Source of the DNA: Octopus bimaculoides
Taxonomy: Eukaryota
Assembly: GCF_001194135.2 (NCBI RefSeq)
Contig: NC_068982.1
Location: 74,111,240 to 74,175,239 of the forward strand
DNA: 64,000 bases
Direction: 5' to 3'
Shown here: positions 1-11,000 of the stretch, in pieces
Numbering within the stretch: the first letter of the stretch is position 1
How the letters are laid out: every line of letters begins with the position of its first letter
The notes under the pieces: model-generated
The model's database searches: none
What the model was told of the DNA's origin: nothing
The model's input: only the letters and a program-made list of their open reading frames with translations
Program-made: the position numbers and the translations under genes

Positions 1-312
1 GTTGCCAGTACCGCCTGACTGGCTCCTGTAGGATTTTCGAGCGAGATCGTTGCCAGTGCCCCTGGACTGGCTTGTGCGGGTGGCACATAAAAGACACCAA
101 TTTCGAGCGTGGCCGTTTTCGTGCGGGTGACACGTAAAAGCACCCACTACACTCTCTTAGTGGTTGGCGTTAGGAAGGGCATCCAGCTGTAGAAACTCTG
201 CCAAATCAGACTGGAGCCTGGTGTTGCCATCCGGTTTCACCCGTCCTCAGTCAAATCGTCCAACCCATGCTAGCATGGAAAGCAGACGTTAAACGATGAT
301 GATGATGATGAT
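1..312 (+). mobile_element. RTE-LINE 3' tail / non-autonomous RTE-tail element (truncated by window start)
   Basis: Shares aaagcacccactacactc...aggaagggcatccagctgtagaaac...caacccatgctagcatggaa...gttaaacgatgatgat with the 3' end of the RTE at 35618-36638 and with 22189-22424. Confidence 0.85.
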
Positions 313-1680
313 TATGCTTTATTAGGCACAGGTACAGGCTGTACAGTTGAATACTGTTTTTGATGGCATAAACAACACATGTGCATATTAGATGTACTCC
401 AGTTTCAGTGTATATTCAGGAAGAAAACTTTTTACAGCATTAAAACCCTGTATTATAGACCCAACTTCATGTGGAACCCAGAGTGATATTTTTGAGACTT
501 TTTAAAAAAATAAAAAGTGCTTTATGTGCCATCAAGTGTCTTCAATAGTCCTGGCCAACCAAAGCCTTGTGAATAGACTTGATTGTCAGAAACTGAAAGA
601 AGCCTGTCATTTGTGTTTGTGTGTGTGGTTTTGTTGTACTGACATCATGTGATGGGTATAAATGAGTGTTACTGTCATACAAGCAATATCATTCATTTCC
701 AGTATTCTGTAAGAACATCTCTAGTCATGGGGGAATATTACTTCACTTGGAAACAAGAAATCTTCATCACTAGATTTTATCTGACCCATGCAAGCATGGA
801 GAAAAGTGGATGTTAAATGATGATGATGATTATTACAAATGTTACAACTGGATGTTTTAAAATGATTTATTTGAATCTTAGAATATAAATATAGATGTTT
901 TCGATCTAGTTGAGATTCTTTGCCATCACATTTGAATTCTTTGCAATCAAATTTGATGGCAAAGAATCCAAACTAGATCAAAAACATCTATAAAATAAAA
1001 TTTCTTCCCAACCTAATAATATTTCGTATATCCATCTGTGTCTTGGTAGTGATTCTCTGTTATAAAACACAGACATAAAGATTTAAATTTACTGGGGAGA
1101 TATAAATGATTATTTTTTAACCCCAGTATTTGACTGGTATTTTCTTTTATTGACCCCGGAAGGATGACGGATGTTTGACCTAGTGGGATGTAAACTTGAG
1201 AACATAAGGGTTATAACTAAGTACAGCAATGAATTTTAACTGATGCTTTTACATACCTTCCCAGAAACCCATTATAACTCTTCTAGTCTGTAGTATTTTG
1301 TTTACTTAAAATAGTTAGAACCACTTTTAAAGAGTACTAGAAATTACAATATTCAAGTTAGTGAATTAGACTCATCATCATCACCAGAATCACCACTATT
1401 GTCTTTATTATCACCATCATCACAACTGCCACCATCATCATCATATTTGTCATCAATTTAATGTTTACTTTTCTAAGATTGCATGTATGAGAACTTGTAG
1501 AGGCTGATTTTTCTTTGGCTGGATTATTTTTCTATGAACTGACCTTCACCTGTCTCCAAGCAAGGCAGTATTTCTCCTTACCCTTCAAACAATGAACAGC
1601 TCAATGGCTGAGCATGTGTTTGCAGAAGGTTGTTATAATAACGGCATTGTTTATATGAATAGTAATTTTATTTTTAATCA

Positions 1681-2072
1681 GTGCACAGGTGTGGCTATGA
1701 GGTAAGAAGCTTGCTTCCCAATCATGTGGTTCTGGGTTCTGTCCCACTGTGTGGCAGCTTGGGCAAGTGTCTTTTACTATACACTTGAGTCAATCAAAGT
1801 CTTGTGAGTGGATTTGGTAGATGGAAACTGAAAGAAGCTTGTCGTATATGTGTGTGTGTGTGTCTGTATCTGTCTGTCTTTGTGTCTGTGTTTATCAACT
1901 GGTGTTGGTGTGTTTACGTCCTCATAAGCTAGCAGTTTGGCGAAAGAGATCAATAGAATAAGTACCAGGCATAAAAAAGTACTGGGATTAATTTATTTGG
2001 TAAAAAAAATTTTCAAGGTGGTGCTCCAGCATGGCCACAGTCTCATGACTGAAACAAGTAAAAGAGATAGAA
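1681..2072 (+). mobile_element. tRNA-head SINE family A (internal TA/TG microsatellite, gactgaaacaagtaaaaga tail)
   Basis: Same head/body/tail as the copies at 31813 and 57420. Confidence 0.85.
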
Positions 2073-2103
2073 ATGTGAAGAAGACAACTACACAACCATG
2101 CCT

Positions 2104-2680
2104 ATTCTATTCTTTTTTCTTCTTTTACTTGTTTTAGTCATTTGACTACGGTCATGCTAGAGCACCACCTTGAGGGGTCTTAGTTGAACAAATTGACCCC
2201 AGGACTTTTTTTTTAAAGCTTGGTACTTATTCTATTAGTCTCTTTTGCCAAACTGCTACATTACAGGGGTGTAAACATACCAACAGCAGTTGTCATCAAG
2301 CAGTGATTGGCTACTCTTCAAGAAAAGACACAATGTGTATGATGGTTTATTGAAACAAAATCAGACATGCAGACCCAGCAAAACTACAGGATTAAGTATC
2401 CATAAAGCCATGCATGGCACAAGAAATTTACGGAAACAAAAACATTGAGTATGTATATNNNNNNNNNNNNNNNNNNNNNNNNNNNNNNNNNNNNNNNNNN
2501 NNNNNNNNNNNNNNNNNNNNNNNNNNNNNNNNNNNNNNNNNNNNNNNNNNNNNNNNNNNNNNNNNNNNNNNNNNNNNNNNNNNNNNNNNNNNNNNNNNNN
2601 NNNNNNNNNNNNNNNNNNNNNNNNNNNNNNNNNNNNNNNNNNNNNNNNNNNNNNNNNNNNNNNNNNNNNNNNNNNNNNNN

Positions 2681-2741
<61 letters not shown>

Positions 2742-2832
2742 TTTTAGTTTCCGTCTACCAAATCCACACAAGGCTGTGGTTGTCCCAAGGCTATAGTAGA
2801 AGATACTTGCTTAAGGTGCCATGCAGTGGGAC

Positions 2833-2835
<3 letters not shown>
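2104..2835 (-). mobile_element. SINE family A, antisense, interrupted by a mariner fragment and an N gap
   Basis: Reverse-complement tail at 2104-2300 and head at 2740-2835. Confidence 0.75.
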
Positions 2836-2876
<41 letters not shown>

Positions 2877-3125
2877 GTGTGTGTCTGTGTTTGTGTGTGT
2901 CTCTTTGTGTCCCTCTTTGTTCACTCCCCCATCACTGCTTGACAACTGGTGTTGGTGTGTTTATATCCCTGTAACTTAGCACCTTGGCAAAAGAGACTGA
3001 TAGAACAAGTACTGGACTTGAAAGCTAAGTCCTAGGCTCGATTTGTTCAACTAAAACCTGTCAAGGCAGTGCACCAGCATGGCCTCAGTCAAATGACTAA
3101 AACCAGTAAAAGAACAAAATATATA

Positions 3126-4407
3126 TTGGGTGTCCATAAAGTCTCTACAATTTCAAAAATTTATTACAAAAGCAAACATATAGATAAATCTGTGGAAATT
3201 ATTAGAAAAGGAGTAAATATTGAAGTTATTTTGCCTCATTTAAAACATCTAGATGGGCACCATTAATTGCACAAAGCACAGCAAGTTGATAAGCAATTTC
3301 TTGCCATGTTTGCTGTAGCATAGCCTTATCAATGGTGGCAATAGCATCAGTGACCATTTGCTTCATATCAGTGACCATTTGCTCCCATATCTTTGTTCGA
3401 TACACAATGTGTTTAACAAACCCCATAGAAAAAAAGTCCAGGGTAGTGATATCTGGGGAACAAGGTGGCCAGGGAATTGGGCCATCCCTTCCACTCCACC
3501 ATATCTGGTAATGTTTGATTTAGGAACCCACGAACATGCAGTCCCCAATGTGGTGGTGCACCATCCTGCTGGAAAATGATGTTTGGTTGATGATCATCCA
3601 GTTGTGGTGCCACATATTCTGTCTAAAGATCATGGTAAACATTTGGAGAAATTGATCCCTCCATGAAGAAAAATGTAACAATGATTTGATTGTTCATCAT
3701 TCCACATCAGACATTCACCTTTGGACTATATTGGTGAAGTTGTCTTGTCATGTGAGGGTGTTTTGATCCCCAAATCCTCACATTATGTGTTCAGTTTCCC
3801 TGAAACATGAAAGGTTGCCTCATCACTTAAAACGCTCTCAGGTGAGGAATGCTGCATCCTCAGAAATTTGTTCCAGCATGTTAACTGCAAACTCTTTTTG
3901 TTTTGGTTTATCATTTGGTTTGAGTGCTTGTATGAATTGCACCTGGTAAACATACAATTTCAAGTTACTGTGTAAGACTTTGTACACTGTTGAACACTGT
4001 ATCTGTGACTGTCTGGCAACAGTACGTATGGACTTTATAGGAGATATTTTCCTCAGATAATTTTGGTTGTCCACTCTTCCCTTTATCCAATACTGTTTTT
4101 GTTTCCATAAATTTCTTGTGCCATGCATGACTTTATGGATACTTAATCCTGTAGTTTTGCTGGGTCTGCATGTCTGATTTTGTTTCAATAAACCATCATA
4201 CACATTGTGTCTTTTCTTGAAGAGTAGCCATTTTTTAAGGGTTTCATTTAACAGAACCCTTTTCCACCAACAGAGTACCTGAAAAACACAAATGCAATGT
4301 GGTTAAAACTTTTGATAACCACTGAGTACATAGAACAAATCTATTACACATATCCAATCAATTGCCTTTGTAATAAATTTTTGAAGTTGTAAAGAAACTT
4401 TATGGAC

Positions 4408-4408
<1 letters not shown>
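3126..4408 (-). mobile_element. Decayed Tc1/mariner-superfamily transposon (~1.28 kb)
   Basis: ~45-bp TIRs (tgtccataaagt.tct..acaa.ttcaaaaatttattacaaa) next to TA. Broken transposase with IIFQQDGAPPH and WPPCSPDI..LDFFLWGFVK motifs. Confidence 0.92.
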
Positions 4409-4439
<31 letters not shown>

Positions 4440-4986
4440 AGTGTGTGTGTGTGTCTTTGTCTCCTCCACATTTCTTGACAACCAGGGTTGGTTTGTTTAC
4501 ATCCCTGTAACGTAGCAGTTAAGCAAAAGGATTTGATAGAATAAATATCACACTAAGTACTGGGGTCATTTTATCTTGTTTGACTAAACCCTTCATGGTC
4601 GTTCTCCAGCATGGCCATACTCAATGACTGAAAGATATTTCTGTTGAAATACATTGCCTTTGATTTGATTAATTTTGAAAATAATGAAGAATTTAGTTAA
4701 ATAATGATGTCATTATTAAGTTGGAGTTTGGAATCTAAATTAACAAGAAATTTTGATGGAAGATTTTTATTTAGAGCATTTTAAAACTTGAAGTTTGTAT
4801 CATAGTACCTGATGCAGTTTCAGGTGGGTTGATATCAAAAGATTTAACTTGGACACCCTGTTCTCAGGTGTCTTGCTGTAGAGGAGGTACATAGCTACCC
4901 TAGCAAGAAAGAGAGAAATGATGGTGGAGATAATGTATCAGGGTGAACGCTCAGGTAATTGTATAATTAGATACCTATGGGCATAG

Positions 4987-5036
<50 letters not shown>

Positions 5037-5843
5037 ATGAAAACTATATATTTATTTATATGTACTTGTAATTTTAATCTTTATTTTTGTGACAAAAGGT
5101 ACATGTTAACTAGATTTTATAATTATATTTCAAATGTAGTGGTGAGGAGAGAGACATTGTAAATTGTTTAGGGAGTTTTCAGTCATCTGAATCTGCATTC
5201 AGGTTTATAATTCCCAGTTGGGAATGTTTCATGTGTGTTGATAATACCTTTTGAGAAAAGCATTTTGCACATTGTTTTACTTTGAATATTCTGCAGCTTT
5301 CTACTTTCCATAGCAGCTTCAAGCTAAAATTCAAGTAAATAACCTCATCAAGGGGAGATTATTCCCATTGGTCTCTTGAACTTACTAAATAGTAGCAGTT
5401 ATTTTTTATTTTGTTTTTCCATAATAGTGGTGATTTAAAGATAATATACATCTAGTTTGGGTTTAGATGTTTATTTTGTGCATTTTATTGTTTTTAGACT
5501 GTGTACTTGCGTTCACCTAGCATACATAGATTCTCTATGATAGCTAAATTTTATTGTGATACAAGTGTCCAAGAAAGATTCCTCTCTTAGTTCAGAGTTA
5601 CAAAAATATCACAATTATATCTAATGCACAGCTATTTACATATCATTGGTATCCATAGAGGTCTAACTTTTTAGTAATTTTATGCAATATCTGGATTTTA
5701 TTTTAGTTCCGTTTTATCCATAGATTAAGGTGGATCTTTATGTTTATAGATTTGAGCAGGTGCCCCTCACCCAGCCCCACCCCAATCTCCCCCTACCCTC
5801 TCTTTTGGAATGTGAGTTATCATGTAGCTCTTTTACAGTGAGA

Positions 5844-5920
5844 AATCTGTTCTGCACTGGTCCCTTCATAAATCTTTTTCTGCGCTAGTCCCTTCATAAT
5901 CTGTTCTGCGCTGGTCCCTT
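5844..5920 (+). repeat. ~27-bp tandem repeat x3
   Basis: aatct(g/t)tt(c/t)tgc(a/g)ct(g/a)gtcccttcata units. Confidence 0.8.
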
Positions 5921-6592
5921 TCTTCATCTTCTAACATAAAGCTGCTTCACTTGGGGTTCATAGTCTTGCAAACTGCATGGCAACCTTGTCAGTGCAGATG
6001 GCATGGAAAAAGCATCCAGTACATATTGTAAAGTGTTTGGTATTAGAAAAGGCATTCAGCTGTAGAAACCATTCCAAAGTAGACAATGGAGCACAATACA
6101 ATCCTCGGATGTCTGATTCTGTCAAATCATCCATCCCATGCCAGCATAGATTATGGATGTTAATGATGATGATAAGGTGATTATTGTCCTTGTATAAGAG
6201 TATAATATATTGTATTTTGGCAAAGTATTATTTAATAATCCAACACCACAAATACTCATCCTCTTCACACCTTCTTGTACAAAATTAAAAACTATTTTTC
6301 TTAAGTATGCTAAGATACAAAAAACATTTTCACATGCTTTTATTTGCAGAAATATTACATAATCACCTGCTGTCAAAAGGAGCGAGTGACCAAACCACTT
6401 AATCATTAAACTTAGTCTAGTTTCCCTTGATAATCTTTTCATAAATCTGTGATCTCAGTTGAACTATTTTAATCATTCTATTCTATAAGTTATTTGTTTT
6501 CTTAAAAATGAAGAAAAAGTGCTTTTAACCTCTTTTCCCCTTCACTCATCTTAATGTGGGTACCATGAATGGCTTTTGTTATTTTAAATATT

Positions 6593-6957
6593 TGGCTGAT
6601 GTGGTTAAGAAGTCTGCTTCTTGATTTCATGGTTTATGTTCAGTCTCACTGCATGGTACTTTGGGCAAGTGTTTTCTTCTATAGCTCTGGGCTGACCAAA
6701 GCCTTGTTAGTGGATTTGGCTGACAGAAACTGAAAGAAGCTTGTGTGTGTGTGTGTGTGTGTTTGTGTGCCCCCTCACTTGATTATTGGTGTTGGTTTAT
6801 TTATGTCCCCATAACATTGCAGTTTAGTAAAAGAGACTATTACAATAAGTACCAGACTTGAGAAATAACTATTGGTGTTAATTTGTTCAACTAAACCCTT
6901 CAAGGCATTGCCCCAGCATGGCTGCAGTCCAATGACTGAAACAAGTAAAAGATAAAA
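6593..6957 (+). mobile_element. SINE family A, CpG-decayed copy
   Basis: Head, TG microsatellite and tail colinear with 31813-32220. Confidence 0.8.
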
Positions 6958-7935
6958 GGTACAAACACACTTTTATATCAAGTTATAAGAAGAGCAATTG
7001 CAATTTAACATTAAACTAAAGGATTAGTGAATACTTCTTGTAGAGTACATATTTATTATACATTTATAAGAATAGTGGTGATAGTATTTTCAGCCTGCTA
7101 GCTTTCCTTGGAGTGTTACTATCACCACACACACACACACGAACGTATATATTTTTATATATACACAAAGACGTATATACGCTTATACATACACACATAT
7201 ATGTATGTATGTCCTGGGTATGACTTTAAACAACATCCGGTAGTGGGGTCCTCCGTTTCAGGAGTTCCAAGGTTTTGAGGAGTGTGAAACCACCCCTTAG
7301 CCACTATTGTTTCCAGGTCTATTCTGTCCTTGAGTGGTAACACCTTCAGGGTCCCAGCTGTGGGTTAGCTAACACATGAGCAGCAGGCTGTAGAAATAGT
7401 TGGGTTGGTGTTCGAGGGCACATTAAACTCACTTGGAGTGAAGGATCCTTGATCTTTGCTAAGGCATCCATCTAGGAGTTGACTAACTCATATATAAAAC
7501 CTGTTGCTCTACTGAGTTTGATATCTTGCTCTTTGCTTGTCTCTGGGCACTTCTTGGTATTGCTAGTGAGAGTCATTTTGGTATTGTGCAAGCTGCACTC
7601 AACTTAAAACCATTGCTTGTGCACAGCTGACGCTGACCTGTCAGCAGTGGTCATGCTCATCTAACAAGTAGACATCCATCATGTATGTATACACACATAT
7701 GCAAATGTTTTTGTTAAACTAATTTTATACATTATAGTGATGAAGTTTTGTGTTGACAATTTTCTTAGTGTCTACCTTGAGTATTTACTCTTGACTCATG
7801 CCTGGTTTGTTTGTAGTTGTGGATATATATGTGTACACTTACATCACATACTCTCAATCATGTAATGAGTGCTATCTTCACTTAGGCATTGCTTCATATA
7901 ATAAATATCAATGTTTTATACTTGTCAATATATTG

Positions 7936-7952
7936 TCCTTAATGTTACAAAG
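7936..7952 (+). promoter_or_regulatory. Probable U12-type branch point and 3' splice site (TCCTTAAT-gttacaa-AG)
   Basis: Matches the U12 branch consensus TCCTTAAY 9 nt before the AG, with no polypyrimidine tract. An in-frame TAA at 7899 rules out a longer exon. Confidence 0.7.
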
Positions 7953-8018
7953 ATGGCTGCTGCAGATGATGTACGGTTTGAAGCAGCTAGTGTTTTGGCA
8001 CAGATTTATGAAAAGCAG
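7953..8018 (+). CDS. MAU2: MAU2 exon (66 nt) [22 protein letters not shown]
   Basis: Aligns to MAU2 IPQFEDVKFEAASLLSELYCQE with the same length. Acceptor aaag follows TCCTTAAT; donor gtaggt. Confidence 0.9.
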
Positions 8019-11000
8019 GTAGGTGCTTCTTGTTTTTATATTTTTTAAAATTTCTTTTTCAGTCCTCAGTTCTGACAACATTCCCTCCATCTTTCTTGTA
8101 ATTTCTTTTTCACTTGAATTTCCATTTTAAATATTTCTGTTAGATGTGTACATTTGAAGATAAATGGTTAAAGATGGGTTTACTTGGGTTTACTGTTAAG
8201 TGGCAACTGTTTTATTATAGCTTGGTAGACTTAAGACAATCAGGGCACACTGCAGTTGTTGTAATTGTTTGATTTCATAAATTAATGGTTTGTAATGCAA
8301 GAGATTAAATATTAAATTATATTGAAATTATAATTGTGTGCTGCATTGTAAAAGTTATCAAAGATCTCTGTATTGTCATTTACATTTTATGAATGATATC
8401 CAAAATTCCTTGTCTTGCAAGTTACTTGGTAACTTTGCTGGTGCCCTGTAAAAAGCATCCAGTCCACATTATGAAGTGGTTGACATTTGGAAGGGTATCC
8501 AGCTGTAAAAACCATGCCAAAACAGACACAGTAGCCTGGTGTAGTCTTCTGGCCAGCTCCTGTCAAACCATCCAGCCCATGCCAGCATGGAAGGAGAACC
8601 TTAAATGATGATGATGATGAACCAGTTGTCTGTTGGCTTAGAAGCCCTGGAAAGGCTAGAGGCACTAATCTTCCTCCCCTGGAGACTAATTCATAATTGT
8701 GAAACCCAGAAACCATTTGGTTGTACAGGTGCCACTGAAAATTCTCTGTTTTATATATAATATGTTTAAAGTTAGTTAGTTTGACAGAACTATACTTACA
8801 AGAGGAACTGAACTGAACACTCATCAGGTTTACAGTGCTACTATTTCTTACAGCAAGGACTTGGTCATTTTATTGGGTTTACTTCTGTCTGTTACTCACT
8901 TCAAAACTACCACTTCATACCTTGGGTACCGTTGGTGGACCTTATTCTTTTTGCAAGTATTTAGGCCAGATGTTTGGTCTGAAGATACCCAGACTCCCTC
9001 CCAACAATCTTGGAGGCCCTGTGAAGGCACATCGACATTGCCTTTCATTCTGATTCAGGTTTCCCAGTTTGCCCGGTGTATAAGTGACTGAGATTTCAAT
9101 ACTTCCCCTTGAACAGGACACTGGTTCATTGCAGGGTTAACTTCTCAGCTGTTGCTGGAACTCATTTATAGCTGGGTGAACTGGAGCAATGTGAAATGAA
9201 ATGTTTTGCTCAAGCACACAATGCACTACCTGCTCTGAGAATCAAAACCATAACCTTGTGATTGTGAGTGCAACATCCTGACCACAAGACCATGCATTTT
9301 CATTTGATTACTAAAAGTTTAAAAAGAAAAAAGTTGTTAACTTTTGTTCAGTTGATGTTGAACACATTTCTTTGTGGCTCTGAATTGGATTTTGATAAAA
9401 CAGAGTAACATCCATCAATTTGCTATTGGTGCTGACCTTCCTTCATACTGGTTGTTGATCCATTAGCTAGTGTGGCTGTGTCTGCAAGAATACAGAGGCT
9501 GTTGGCTGGTGCGGTTACATCTGTTAGAATGCACAGTCTGTTAATATTTGGTATTCTAAAACAGCCTGTGATCAGGAGACATGGAGGGCTGGACCTAGTT
9601 TCTTAGCATAGTTAGATCTTACCCATGTTGGGTTGGTGGTGATAAGGAACTAAACTAGTTGAATGTTGGGTCTGAGGACTTGTGTCCCATGTCATGTTTG
9701 TAAGTTTACTAATGATGTTGTGAGCACTCACTTCTGCCTTTGTTTTTAAAACTACATTTTATGGTTCTGTTTTTAACCAGGTTGAGTGGACTATTTGTGA
9801 TTTGAAGTGTGTGAGAGTGTGAGGGGATAAATCTCTCATATTTTACATGGCCATTGGTGTGTTATGAGTGAAGTTTGTCAGGTGGTAATGGTGCCTTCAT
9901 GTAGCAAATGTTTTACAGTTTTTTTTTCCAGGTACCATGATTTGGATTGGTGCACACCATGCATATTTGTTGAAACATTGGTCAACCTATAAAATGTGGG
10001 AAGTTTGTTTGTTGCACTCTGTATCTAAATGATTGAAAATTATAAGCGACAGATGAATAGACTAAATTGAAAATTTTGTTAAAACAACTCAGCTAGGAAC
10101 TTTGGTCATAAAAAATCCTTTTGAGGAAATATTTGAGTTTACCTTATTCGTTAAACTATGTTAGATATATGAAATCTTTTTTTTCTTTTGTGATCCATAA
10201 TCTTGTCTTACACGAGTTTTTATTGATCTTTTATAGCAGCAAGTAGACCGTGCTAAACCTATTTTGAAAAAGGCAATTGAGGTGTCACAGCAAGCTCCCT
10301 ATTGGCATTGTCGACTTCTTTTCCATCTTGCAGTAAGTATTGCTTTTTATGTTGGATAGATTTGTGTTGAATAATGCCTTCTGAGTGAATTTGATAGATG
10401 GAAACTGTAGGAAACCTTGTGTGTGTGTATGTCTCCGTCTATGTACATGTAGGTGCATTGATGATGTTTACACTCCTTGTTGACACTGTTACTGGTTGTT
10501 CTTTGCTTTTGAAGACCTGTGAAATAAAAAAAAAATCCCTTCTTTAAAAAAACAAACAAACAAACAGGTGAGAATTGGTAATAAAAAGGGCATCTGACTA
10601 AAATCCTGCTTCAAAATCAATTTCTATCCAAGCCATGTTATGGAAAAACAAACAATGTAACAAATGGACTCAAACACATCAAATCACCAAATTGCTTCAA
10701 GTGATTGTGGCCTTTGGCAGTTTGCCAATAAAGGGCCTGAAGAAATGCTAAGCATTTTGTTTGATGTGCTAACATTGTCAGTTTTACTATCTTAACAATA
10801 ATCCTTTCTACTATCAGCACAAGGGCTGAAATTTGTGGGTAGGGGCTCTAGTTGATTGCATCGACCCCAGTGCTTGACTGGTACTTAATTTAGCAATCCT
10901 GAAAGGATAAAAAGCAAAGTTGATCTCTGTAGAATTTGGATTCAGAATGTAAAGATGAATGAAATGCTAAGCATTTTGGCCAGTGTGCTAACGATTCTGC

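Noticed and set aside
7953-7955. ATG at exon start as the MAU2 initiation codon
   Set aside because: It aligns to an internal position about 100 residues into known MAU2 proteins and follows a splice acceptor
7798-8022. 74-aa ORF overlapping the first MAU2 exon
   Set aside because: Wrong frame; the MAU2 match is in another frame starting at 7953
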